From: Oscillospiraceae bacterium
GTDB lineage: Bacteria; Bacillota; Clostridia; Oscillospirales; Acutalibacteraceae
Assembly (NCBI GenBank): GCA_031549985.1
Contig: JAVBOZ010000106.1
Location: 1 to 59,623, forward strand
Length of the DNA stretch: 59,623 bases
Direction of reading: 5' to 3'
The notes beneath the pieces were generated by a model. The model was not told the origin of the DNA. It did not search any database and saw nothing but the letters and a program-made list of their open reading frames with translations. Each line of letters opens with the position of its first letter. The first letter of the stretch is position 1. Made by a program: the position numbers and the translations under genes. Of the stretch, positions 38,016 through 45,964 are shown one piece after another.

Positions 38016-38162
38016 GCGGGCGGCCTGACTGACGCCGCCCCTACAATGCCTATCTACCTCGCCGCAGGGGCGTGCGTGGTGCGTCCGCCGGGAGTTTTTG
38101 CGCCCGGGGTCGTTCGCTCCCCCTCAAAGCGCCCTGCGTAGGGGCGGCGTCAGGCCGCCCGC
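38016..38162. repeat. Inverted pair of GTAGGGGCGGCG hairpin elements (MITE/REP-like)
   Basis: GCGGGCGGCCTGACTGACGCCGCCCCTAC (38016-38044) and GTAGGGGCGGCGTCAGGCCGCCCGC (38138-38162) are near-perfect inverted copies flanking about 93 bp. Confidence 0.75.
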
Positions 38163-38223
38163 ATGCAACGATGCGATGAGGTATGTCGCTGTATTTTGTC
38201 TATCGTTTGATAGAGGGGTAGTA

Positions 38224-39663
38224 TTAACCCATGGGAGGGATTTCGAGGATGGCAAAGCCGACGCAATGGAACGCAAAACACAGCGCCGCAACAATGGGCG
38301 CAGCTCTGCGCAACAGGCGGGTCAGCGGGGCGTCTTCCAGACAGCCATAGCAGAGCGTCGCCGCCAGCAACAGGAACAGATCCGAAAAAAAGAAGATGCG
38401 CTGGCCAGAGGCATAGACCGACCCCGAAAAGCCCGGAACGATCCCGCAGGCCGCCGCCGCCGCGCAGCAAAGTCCCGCACCCCAGCCCGCCATCGGGTTC
38501 CGGCGCAGCAACATCGCCAACATTGCGGCGGTTGAAAGAAAAAACGCGAAGCAAACCGCGAGCAGCAGAATTTCAGGCAGACCGGCTTGACCGCTCTCAA
38601 ACATGCGCTGAAAGCCCTGGTCGGGAATTTGACGCCGAGCAAGAAAATACAGCAGATTGCCGCCGACGCTCAGGCAGGCCCAGGCAACGCCGTGGGCGGC
38701 GGTCAGCGCCCTGCACTTGCGGCCCGGCCAGGCCTGCCGCAGCGCCTGATACAGCGTCAGCAGAAGCAGGGTCATTGCGGGCAGCGAAAGGAAGAAGGCG
38801 TAGGCGAAATAGTTGGATGCCCCGCAAAGCAGCCTTTGCGACAGAGACATATTCAGAAAGGCTTTAAAGCCGCCGGAGGCTTCGCCCGCGCTCCGCATGC
38901 GCGCGCCGGGTGAGGTGAAGAGAAACCAGGCCGTCACCGCCGCCGGAAGCAGCGGCATGAGGAAGCGTACCTTCCACCGCCTTCTCAGGGCCAACAGCGC
39001 GTTCAGGCAAACCAGCAGCGCCAACGTCGCGGCGGCCGTCTGCTCTTCGGCGGCGGCAAGCGGCGCGGCAAAGCAGGCCAGCGCGTGCGCCCACGGCGAC
39101 GGGGCCTGCTGTTCGTTTTGCGCCAGGGTCAACGCGGCGGGCAGGGCGGCCAACAGCATACCGGCGGCGGGCCAAAGATAGGTGAACGAACCGGCGAACC
39201 AGAATGCGCCCGCACTCAGGCAGGTGGGCAGAATCAGCCACACGCAGGCGCTCGCAAAACGGATGCGGTCCGCCTTCGCGCAAGAGCCGGGCAGCGCCAG
39301 CGCAAGGCGGCAAAGAAACCAGATGATAAAGCAAAACAGTGCGGCGGAAGCCAGCTTCCAGAAGACCGGGGGAATCCCCAAAAAGGTCATCATCAGCGCC
39401 TCACCGACGGTGCGGCCCGAGACCGTGGCGTAACGCTCGGCCAGCCAGGTGCGCAGTTCAAACCCCGGAGTATTGCGGATCCCGAGGAAATGGCCATCGT
39501 CGGTCTTGACCAACAGGCGGGTGAAGACCAGATAAAAAAGCAATGCCCCCGCGCAACTCAGGCCGAAGGGCCTCCAGGGCGATTTTTGAACGCGCCGCGC
39601 CATCTTTGCCAAAAGCGTATGCATGCGCTCCTGCGTTGATGTTATTTCATCGGCCTGATGCAT
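38224..39663 (-). CDS. Polytopic integral membrane protein (possible GT-C-like glycosyl/polymer transferase)
   Basis: 479 aa with more than 10 hydrophobic segments. Its ATG directly abuts the stop of the upstream gene (TAAATG), and GGAGGAGG lies inside that gene. The functional assignment is speculative. Confidence 0.65.
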   Translation of the reverse strand: MHQADEITSTQERMHTLLAKMARRVQKSPWRPFGLSCAGALLFYLVFTRLLVKTDDGHFLGIRNTPGFELRTWLAERYATVSGRTVGEALMMTFLGIPPVFWKLASAALFCFIIWFLCRLALALPGSCAKADRIRFASACVWLILPTCLSAGAFWFAGSFTYLWPAAGMLLAALPAALTLAQNEQQAPSPWAHALACFAAPLAAAEEQTAAATLALLVCLNALLALRRRWKVRFLMPLLPAAVTAWFLFTSPGARMRSAGEASGGFKAFLNMSLSQRLLCGASNYFAYAFFLSLPAMTLLLLTLYQALRQAWPGRKCRALTAAHGVAWACLSVGGNLLYFLARRQIPDQGFQRMFESGQAGLPEILLLAVCFAFFLSTAAMLAMLLRRNPMAGWGAGLCCAAAAACGIVPGFSGSVYASGQRIFFFSDLFLLLAATLCYGCLEDAPLTRLLRRAAPIVAALCFAFHCVGFAILEIPPMG

Positions 39664-40509
39664 TTAAGCCTCCTCCATTATCACGTATGGCCTGACGGCG
39701 CTGCCGTCGCCGCCAAAGCACAAAATCGCAGCCTTGCGCAGGCGCAACGCGGGGCAAACCCCGTTCATCCCATCTGTGGCGATGGATTTATAGAACGTTC
39801 CCTTTCCGGTGACGGAGGCGACGCTGCATGCGTTCGTCGCGATGGCGTCACGCGTCCAATACCAGCCGCTGCCGCGCAAAAAAAGATAGGGCGAGTTTTC
39901 CCGGGAAACGGCGGCGGCGGTGGGGGCGCGTCTGCGCTCAGGCGCTGAAAGCACCTTGAGCTGCGTGCGCGTGGGCAAAAAGACCGCGTCGCCTTGCGAA
40001 GTATCCAGCAGCGCCCTGAGCTTCGGCGGAAAGTTTTCCGAATGCAGAAAGCCCGGCTCGTGCGCATAGGGGTTGCGGCCTTCCCAGACTCTTGATTTTT
40101 CGGGCGCTGAACCGCGCCAGGGCACCGCCGCCCTGGTGCTGTTGAGCCACTGCCGCAAGGCGCTGTCTTCCCAAGCCGAAGAGCCCGCCGCCGGGTCATC
40201 GCAGGCCGCGAAGGCTTTGAAGCAGAGAATATGCTCGGCAAGCAGCAGGGGGCGTCCGTCTTCCATCGCCAGCACGCGCCAGAGAATGGGTTCCCCCGCG
40301 TATTGGCCAAAGAAGAGGTAATCGCCCCGCCGCAGTTGAACCTGGGCGGGTTCATCGACGCCCATCTCAGGCACGGGGTACTGCGCGCCGAACATCGCGT
40401 TGCCCAAAGCGGCCTTGAGAGGTGTTCGGCCCGCGCAAAGCACAAAGAAGGCTATGATCAAGGCAGCGACGCAAAGCGCCGGCCTGCGCAGGTGCGGTTG
40501 ATGTGGCAC
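39664..40509 (-). CDS. Secreted protein, DUF6273-like
   Basis: 281 aa with a GTG start after GAGGGGAGGTG and a signal/TM segment. FFGQYAGEPILWRVL...LLLAEHIL...WEDSALRQWLNS matches the pattern I associate with DUF6273-type domains. Confidence 0.7.
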   Translation of the reverse strand: MPHQPHLRRPALCVAALIIAFFVLCAGRTPLKAALGNAMFGAQYPVPEMGVDEPAQVQLRRGDYLFFGQYAGEPILWRVLAMEDGRPLLLAEHILCFKAFAACDDPAAGSSAWEDSALRQWLNSTRAAVPWRGSAPEKSRVWEGRNPYAHEPGFLHSENFPPKLRALLDTSQGDAVFLPTRTQLKVLSAPERRRAPTAAAVSRENSPYLFLRGSGWYWTRDAIATNACSVASVTGKGTFYKSIATDGMNGVCPALRLRKAAILCFGGDGSAVRPYVIMEEA

Positions 40510-40530
40510 GTAGGCACCTCCCCTCTTATA

Positions 40531-40770
40531 TTTGCGCTATATTAGCATAGATCAAGGCTGGATAATGCGGCAAACGACCCGTTTGACGCTATTGTAACAT
40601 AGATCAAGGCGCGATTCTGAAAAACCGGCACGGTTTTTCCCAATGCGGCAAACGACCCGTTTGACGCTATTGCGTCATAGATCAAGGCGCGATTCTGAAA
40701 AACCGGCACGGTTTTTCCCAATGCGGCAAACGACCCGTTTGACGCTATTATCGCTTTGCAAAAAATATCA
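40531..40770 (-). repeat. Tandem array of the promoter-like plus two-hairpin cassette (two full 78-bp units plus partial units)
   Basis: ATGCGGCAAACGACCCGTTTGACGCTATT recurs at 40565, 40643 and 40721 (exact 78-bp period). The units contain the hairpins CAAACGaccCGTTTG and GAAAAACCGgcaCGGTTTTTC. On the minus strand each carries CTTGATCTATGnnAnAAT (-10-like). Confidence 0.85.
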
Positions 40771-40783
40771 ACGCGCTGCCCCC

Positions 40784-40812
40784 TTGACAAATACCTCAGC
40801 GTGTGCTAAGAT
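40784..40812 (+). promoter_or_regulatory. Near-consensus sigma-A promoter with no downstream ORF
   Basis: TTGACA (40784-40789), a 17-bp spacer, then TAAGAT (40807-40812). It is embedded in the 12-bp inverted repeat GCCCCCTTGACA / TGTCAAGGGGGC (40778-40789 / 40818-40829). Confidence 0.6.
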
Positions 40813-40818
40813 AAGGGT

Positions 40819-40922
40819 GTCAAGGGGGCGCTGTGGCGTTGCCGAGACGGCAGTTCTCATTACGTTGTTAAGAACTAACCGCTCACGAGTTGCTAGCAGT
40901 GGAGCGGTTAGTTCTTTTTATT
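40819..40922 (+). ncRNA. Candidate ~100-nt small RNA (antisense/antitoxin-like)
   Basis: It is bounded by the promoter at 40784-40812 and an intrinsic terminator. The terminator has the 15-bp stem AAGAACTAACCGCTC/GAGCGGTTAGTTCTT (40870-40884 / 40902-40916) followed by TTTATT. There is no plausible ORF. Its 3' end overlaps the stop region of the convergent 26-codon ORF. Confidence 0.45.
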
Positions 40923-40988
40923 GGACTCGTAGAAAAGAATTGCCATCGCTAAGTACACGAATGCCATAGCAAGCAAGATTTCCAGCAT
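40908..40988 (-). CDS. 26-aa hydrophobic peptide (candidate type I toxin)
   Basis: AAAGGAGGTGA lies 7 nt before the ATG at 40988. The product is MLEILLAMAFVYLAMAILFYESNKKN. The stop TAA (40910-40908) lies inside the terminator stem of the convergent RNA. Confidence 0.5.
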   Translation of the reverse strand: MLEILLAMAFVYLAMAILFYESNKKN

Positions 40989-41039
40989 AGCCTCACCTCC
41001 TTTCGGAGGAAAACCACCGCCCGGCAAGCAACCAAACGC

Positions 41040-41138
41040 CATGGTTATTATAGCAAAGATCAAGTGCAAAATCAAGAGAAACTGACAAGTTTTTCCCAAT
41101 GCAACAACGACCCGTTTGACGTTATATTAGCATATTGC
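41040..41138 (-). repeat. Degenerate copy of the promoter-plus-hairpin cassette
   Basis: TTTTTCCCAATGCAACAACGACCCGTTTGACGTTATATTAGCATA matches the 40.5-40.8 kb units, with a decayed second hairpin. Confidence 0.7.
41047..41075 (-). promoter_or_regulatory. Sigma-A promoter for the 26-aa peptide mRNA
   Basis: On the minus strand: TTGATT (41075-41070), a 17-bp spacer, then TATAAT (41052-41047). The -10 context CTTGATCTTTGCTATAAT belongs to the repeated cassette family. Confidence 0.6.
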
Positions 41139-41252
41139 TTCTTTCGGGTCAAGTCTTTGCTTTGCCCGCCCTGAAAATAAACGTGGATTTTTCCGCGCAA
41201 ACATGATATGATACATGAGGCAAAAAATTATGCATACGGAGGGGTTCTGATT

Positions 41253-43088
41253 GTGAGACGGTTCAAGCGCATTCTTTCTCTGGTGCTGGCGGTTGCGTTA
41301 TGCGTGGGGTCGCTGGCGGCATCGGCGGCGGCGAAGGGGAGCGACAGCGCGTTCGGGGGCAGCACCGCTCCCGTTGTCCTCATTCACGGCAATACCCAGT
41401 CGGACGTCTATCTTTACCAGGCGGACAACGTAACCCGAGTGCTCGACGCCGACGGCAACCCCGTTAAAAACTGGATGCCAAAAGTGGATGTCCCGGCTAT
41501 GCTGCTGCAGCTCATCGGCCCGCTGCTTTTGAGCGTCGTGTTCCAGTGCGATTTCGGCCTGACCGGGGCGGTCAGGAATGTGGTCAGCGGCGCGATGCCG
41601 CTGCTGAAAATGGACGCAAACGGCATGCCCGCAAATAACATGCGCGTGCAAAGCTATGCGGACGCCAAGGGCAACCCGCTGAGCCTTGCCGAATGCTCAA
41701 AGGAGATGCGCGACATCGCCAACGAGCGTCTGCATATGGACGAGCGCGACCAGCGCCTCGGCGACGACAGGGTCTATTTCTTCGCTTACGATTCCTTCGG
41801 CAACAATGCGGTCAACACAAAGGCTCTGGCGGAATATATCAAAAGCGTCAGCAAAAAGCACGGTGGCTCAAAGGTCAGCGTTGTGCCCATTTCGCTGGGC
41901 GGCACGCTGATGAACAGCCTGATGGAGGACTATTACGACGAGGTGGTTCCCCTGTTGCAAAACGTCGTCTTCGTCGTGCCCGCAGCGGACGGAACCAATC
42001 TGGTGGGCGACGTTTACATGCGCAAACTCAGCGTGGATAACAAAAACCTCTATCACGACATGTTCCCGGCGCTGCTGGGGGCGTTCCCCGGCGCGCTGCC
42101 GGGCTGGATGCAATACCTGATCAACGCGGTCATCCGCGTCTTGCCCAAGCGGGTGCTGCACGGAATGCTCGACGCCGTGGTGGACGGCCTTGTGGGCGAA
42201 TACCTTTCCCGCAACACGACGCTGTGGTCGCTGGTGCCTTCCGGATCATACGAGACCGCGCGCGAAATCTGGCTCAAGGGCGACAGCTATGCCGCCATCC
42301 GGGCGCAGACCGACCACTACTACCAGGCGCAAAAGAACAGCCGCGCCAACATTCTGCGCATGCGCGCGGACGGCGTAAGGGTCTACGACATCTGCGAATA
42401 TGACACGCCACTGATCGCGATCGCCAGCTCTTACACGAAAGTCAATTCCGACAGCGTGATCCACCTGGATTCCGCTTCGCTGGGCGCGACGGCCGGCTAT
42501 GTCAATACCCCGCTCCCGAAAGGCTATCGGCCCGTCAACCCGCGCTGCACCGACCCCGCGCACAACCACAGGTCCCCCAACGGCGTCGTCGATGCCTCCA
42601 CCGGCACGCTTCCCGAACAGACCTGGTATTTCAAGGGCGGGTTGCATAACCTGACCAGCGACAATGACCTTGCCATGCGCCTGATCATTCGGCTGGTCAC
42701 CTCGGGCGAATACGAAACCGTCTATTCGATGGACGCATGGCCGCAGTTCAACAACGCACGTGAAAGCCGTGCGTTCCGCGTTGAAATCCTGCCGCAGGCC
42801 GAGGCAGTCGACCCCGCCACCCTTGCCGCCGCAGACGCCAAGGAACTGGCCGCCGCCATCGCCGAAGCCAGAGCCGTGCTGGCCAAGACCGTCGACGTGC
42901 CCGGTGAATACAGCCACGCGTATGACCGCGTCGTGGCCATCCTGGTCAAGCTGGGCCTGCGCGAAGCCGAAAAGCCCGATTACGCCGCCATGGTGCTCGA
43001 CCCGCTCTTCGCTCTCCTCAGCGATTTGCTTTATTGCACCGTCGGCCCGCGCGGGTTTTTTGATCCGTTTTGGGCGAAGTGGCAATAG
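41253..43088 (+). CDS. Secreted alpha/beta-hydrolase (lipase/esterase-like)
   Basis: GTG start at 41253 after GGAGGGG, with a signal peptide. VVLIHGN (oxyanion region) and VVPISLGG (GXSXG-like nucleophile elbow). About 611 aa. Confidence 0.7.
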   Translation: MRRFKRILSLVLAVALCVGSLAASAAAKGSDSAFGGSTAPVVLIHGNTQSDVYLYQADNVTRVLDADGNPVKNWMPKVDVPAMLLQLIGPLLLSVVFQCDFGLTGAVRNVVSGAMPLLKMDANGMPANNMRVQSYADAKGNPLSLAECSKEMRDIANERLHMDERDQRLGDDRVYFFAYDSFGNNAVNTKALAEYIKSVSKKHGGSKVSVVPISLGGTLMNSLMEDYYDEVVPLLQNVVFVVPAADGTNLVGDVYMRKLSVDNKNLYHDMFPALLGAFPGALPGWMQYLINAVIRVLPKRVLHGMLDAVVDGLVGEYLSRNTTLWSLVPSGSYETAREIWLKGDSYAAIRAQTDHYYQAQKNSRANILRMRADGVRVYDICEYDTPLIAIASSYTKVNSDSVIHLDSASLGATAGYVNTPLPKGYRPVNPRCTDPAHNHRSPNGVVDASTGTLPEQTWYFKGGLHNLTSDNDLAMRLIIRLVTSGEYETVYSMDAWPQFNNARESRAFRVEILPQAEAVDPATLAAADAKELAAAIAEARAVLAKTVDVPGEYSHAYDRVVAILVKLGLREAEKPDYAAMVLDPLFALLSDLLYCTVGPRGFFDPFWAKWQ

Positions 43089-43161
43089 GCAGGCGCAACA
43101 GAAAATACCAAAGGCGGCGGAAATCATCCGCCGCCTTGCTTATTTCAAGCCTTGCCCGCCC

Positions 43162-44055
43162 TTACCGCTGGCCCATCGCCGCCAAATCGCGGTAGCTGAT
43201 CTTCTTGATCCCGCAGTCTGCCATGTGCTTTTGGAACGCCGGGTCGCGGTAAAGCTCGTATTCCCAGATGCGGTGCTTACCGGCGCTGGAGGCGGTGGTC
43301 ACCTCTCCGGTGTCGATGGACGGGTGCAGGAAGGTCTCCGTCACGCCCTCGGGGTAGTTTTCGGCAAAGGTAAACATATAGTCACGGAAAGCCTCGTAGC
43401 TCTGCTTCTGCGGGCCGTCATAATCGGGGACGATCAGGTAATCCGGCGTAATGACGCCCCTGTCTCTGCAATAAGATTGCAGTTGCGCGAAGAGCTTGCG
43501 AACCAATTCCTCCGGAATCGGAATGTCAAGACTTTTTTGGCTTCCCAACTGCTCGATGCCCTTCATTGGGAAACGGAAGGGGAGGCCGTATTCCGACGAA
43601 AGATCAAAGATCATCTGCAACAGCTCAAAACGGCCTGTATAGATGCCATAAAGGCTGCCCATGTGGTTATCCCAATGGGAGGGGACAAGACCGAAGAGCT
43701 TTGCCCGCGCCAACTGGGCGCGAATTTCCCGCTCCGCCTCGTCCATATCGGCGCGTTCCTCAAACTCGTCGCTCTCGTGCCAGAAGTAACCCTCGGCGTC
43801 CCGGAGTGAATCGGTGCACTGCGCAGAGACCGGACCCCAGCGGTAGGCGCTCCATTCGCTGGTGGTGGTCAGGTGAACACCGATGGCGTATTCCGGATGC
43901 TCGGAGGCCCATTTGCAGGCGTGTTTTGCCCAGGGGCAGGGCGTCATGACGGTGGCCGAGGTGATGCAGCCCTTTTCAAGAAGTTCCTGGGTTGCCAGGT
44001 TCGCGCCGAGGAAGGAACCGTAGTCGTCCGCGTTGATGATGAGATACTTGTCCAT
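43162..44055 (-). CDS. YdjC/ChbG-family carbohydrate deacetylase
   Basis: 297 aa starting MDKYLIINADDYG, the family hallmark, followed by a histidine-containing core. Confidence 0.82.
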   Translation of the reverse strand: MDKYLIINADDYGSFLGANLATQELLEKGCITSATVMTPCPWAKHACKWASEHPEYAIGVHLTTTSEWSAYRWGPVSAQCTDSLRDAEGYFWHESDEFEERADMDEAEREIRAQLARAKLFGLVPSHWDNHMGSLYGIYTGRFELLQMIFDLSSEYGLPFRFPMKGIEQLGSQKSLDIPIPEELVRKLFAQLQSYCRDRGVITPDYLIVPDYDGPQKQSYEAFRDYMFTFAENYPEGVTETFLHPSIDTGEVTTASSAGKHRIWEYELYRDPAFQKHMADCGIKKISYRDLAAMGQR

Positions 44056-44103
44056 GGTTGAATTTCCCCTTTCGATATATGAATTTCAGGTCTCACAAAT
44101 AGC

Positions 44104-44130
44104 AGGGGCGAACATAACCAGTTCGCCCCT
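44104..44130 (-). terminator. Hairpin downstream of the PHP hydrolase gene
   Basis: AGGGGCGAAC-ataacca-GTTCGCCCCT lies 24 nt after the stop. On the minus strand it is followed by GCTATTTGTG. Confidence 0.5.
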
Positions 44131-44153
44131 TGAACGCAGGTATACGATTCCTT

Positions 44154-45479
44154 TTAGGCCAGCAGGTCGCCGATCTCATCAATCAGCAGCTGCACCAGAA
44201 ACGCGAACTTGGAAGCCGTCACCCAGCGGGTGAGGTCATAGCTGAACTTCGCCCAGCCGGTGGGGGCGTCGTTGACGCTGTGATCCTCCCCGTCGTCCAC
44301 AACGAAGGCCTGGGTAGTGCTGATGCCACCGGGGCCAACCAGTTGGGCGCGGACGTAACTGCCGATTTTCGCCGCGTAGTCGCGCAGCGCGATGCTCGGG
44401 CCTGTCGCGATCACCTTGCCGTCGGCAATCCACTCCACCTTATCGGTGTCGCTGACCGTCAGGGTGATGGTGTCGGTACTCTCGTTGACGACGATTTTGC
44501 GCACGAGCGGGAATGGAAGCTCTTTGCTGGCCGCGAAATCGTCGCCCAGCGTGTTGCGGTCACGACGGGAGCAGGCGAAGAAGGTGCCGGTCTCCATCGC
44601 GGTGCGGATATTTTCGACGGTGTTGGAGGGCATGACCAGATACTCGGCGGTGCCGCCGATGTCGTTGAGCGTGTGGGCATCATCGTTCGAAAAACCGAAG
44701 ACCTGCCGCCCCTCGGGAATCAAACGGCGCAAAAGCTCATCCCAAAGCACACGATCCCACCGCGTGACGGTGTCAATGCGGTTATAAATCTCAATGCCCA
44801 GGCAGGTGGAGTAGTCGCGCAGCATATCAGCGTAAAAATTGATGTTGGCCGGGTTGCGGGCTGCTGCTTCCGTATTGCCAAGCCAATCGCCCGGGTGGTT
44901 GATGAAGCTGAGCCCGTTCGTCTTTTCGGTCATCGCGATGGCGGTACGGTAGTCGTTCTCAATCCCCCACCATTCCCAGCCCCAACCCCCGAAGAAGCCG
45001 TTGACGTGGTTCTTGTAAAGTACGGCAGCGTTCATTTCAATCGCCTTGGGGACACTGATCATCCCGCGGCCCGCCAGCTCGCCCGTGCGGTCGCTGCCGG
45101 CGTTGATTACGGCCAGACGCTCTGATGTCAGAACGGGGCGGTCCTTAAACCAATTCTGGATATCAAGGGGGAAGGCAAGCAGCGGCTTTTCATCCCAGGG
45201 CGCGCCGACCACGCCGTGGTCGCTGATCGCCAGGACTTCATAGCCCTGCCTGTAATATTCTTCCACCACATCCCTGAGGCTCATATTGCCGTCCGAGAAA
45301 GTGGAGTGGGTATGCAGGTTCGTCTTGTAAATCTTCCAGGTATCCCAGTTCACGCCGTCATAGGGGCTGGTGATGGTGTAATCCGGCGGGGTATCCGCCG
45401 CCAGGGCCGGCATCGCGCAGAGCGAAACCAGCAGCGCGGCAAGAAAGAACGAAACGACGACTTTGGCTGTGTGCTTCAT
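44154..45479 (-). CDS. Secreted PHP-domain metallohydrolase (CehA/McbA-like)
   Basis: Start taken at MKHTAKVVVSFF (ATG 45479 after GGGAGGA), with signal peptide ..MPALAA. The PHP motif NLHTHSTFSDG and AISDHG are present. Confidence 0.8.
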   Translation of the reverse strand: MKHTAKVVVSFFLAALLVSLCAMPALAADTPPDYTITSPYDGVNWDTWKIYKTNLHTHSTFSDGNMSLRDVVEEYYRQGYEVLAISDHGVVGAPWDEKPLLAFPLDIQNWFKDRPVLTSERLAVINAGSDRTGELAGRGMISVPKAIEMNAAVLYKNHVNGFFGGWGWEWWGIENDYRTAIAMTEKTNGLSFINHPGDWLGNTEAAARNPANINFYADMLRDYSTCLGIEIYNRIDTVTRWDRVLWDELLRRLIPEGRQVFGFSNDDAHTLNDIGGTAEYLVMPSNTVENIRTAMETGTFFACSRRDRNTLGDDFAASKELPFPLVRKIVVNESTDTITLTVSDTDKVEWIADGKVIATGPSIALRDYAAKIGSYVRAQLVGPGGISTTQAFVVDDGEDHSVNDAPTGWAKFSYDLTRWVTASKFAFLVQLLIDEIGDLLA

Positions 45480-45662
45480 GACGAATAATCCTCCCATTTT
45501 TTCGAAAATATCGGAGCATAGCGCATATACAGCATAATACTTTCCGCCGCGCTTGTCAATCTTTTTTCCGGGAAAAGCAAGAAATGGGCGTGTAAATTCC
45601 CGGACTTTGCCCAAAATAAGGGGGCGATCATTATTATAGCAAGCGGAAAGGCGGGACTGCGC

Positions 45663-45929
45663 ATGATCAAGGGCGTAAACCACAGGGTGATTGAGGTTAT
45701 GGCGTGCGACTGCGAGTTTTTCGAGCGGGTGTTATTTTTTGTCAAGCCGGAGTATTCCGCGCTGAGCGAAGGCACATTGCGGGACCGGGCAAAAGCGGTG
45801 GCAAGAGCCGCCAGCGCGCCGCCGCCCAGCAAGATTATGCAATCACGCCTGCTGACGGCGGGGGCGCTTCTCTGCGCCGCCGTGCTGGGCGCGGGGATTC
45901 TGTTCGCGTTTCAGCTGCTGTTGCGGTAA
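45663..45929 (+). CDS. Small conserved-looking protein with a C-terminal TM (unknown function)
   Basis: 88 aa: MIKGVNHRVIEVMACDCEFFERVLFFVKPEY, then a C-terminal hydrophobic helix. The RBS is weak and the call is uncertain. Confidence 0.4.
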   Translation: MIKGVNHRVIEVMACDCEFFERVLFFVKPEYSALSEGTLRDRAKAVARAASAPPPSKIMQSRLLTAGALLCAAVLGAGILFAFQLLLR

Positions 45930-45964
45930 GGCGAATCCTTTTGCATGATGTTTTTGTATTGACT

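Noticed and set aside
40531-40770. Possible CRISPR array (regularly spaced 29-nt repeats).
   Set aside because: The intervening 'spacers' are themselves near-identical between units, so these are tandem duplications rather than unique spacers. Only about three units are present, and there are no cas genes or leader in the window.
40542-40790. 82-aa minus-strand ORF with the internal repeat IASNGSFAALGKTVPVFQNRALIY.
   Set aside because: The amino-acid repeat is simply the translation of the 78-bp tandem DNA cassette. There is no RBS, and the unit contains promoter-like and hairpin features, so it is treated as non-coding.
40908-41099. Longer 63-aa version of the small ORF (MGKTCQFLL...).
   Set aside because: The upstream extension runs through the predicted promoter and leader hairpin and has no RBS. 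The internal ATG at 40988 has a near-perfect AAAGGAGGTGA at 7-nt spacing.
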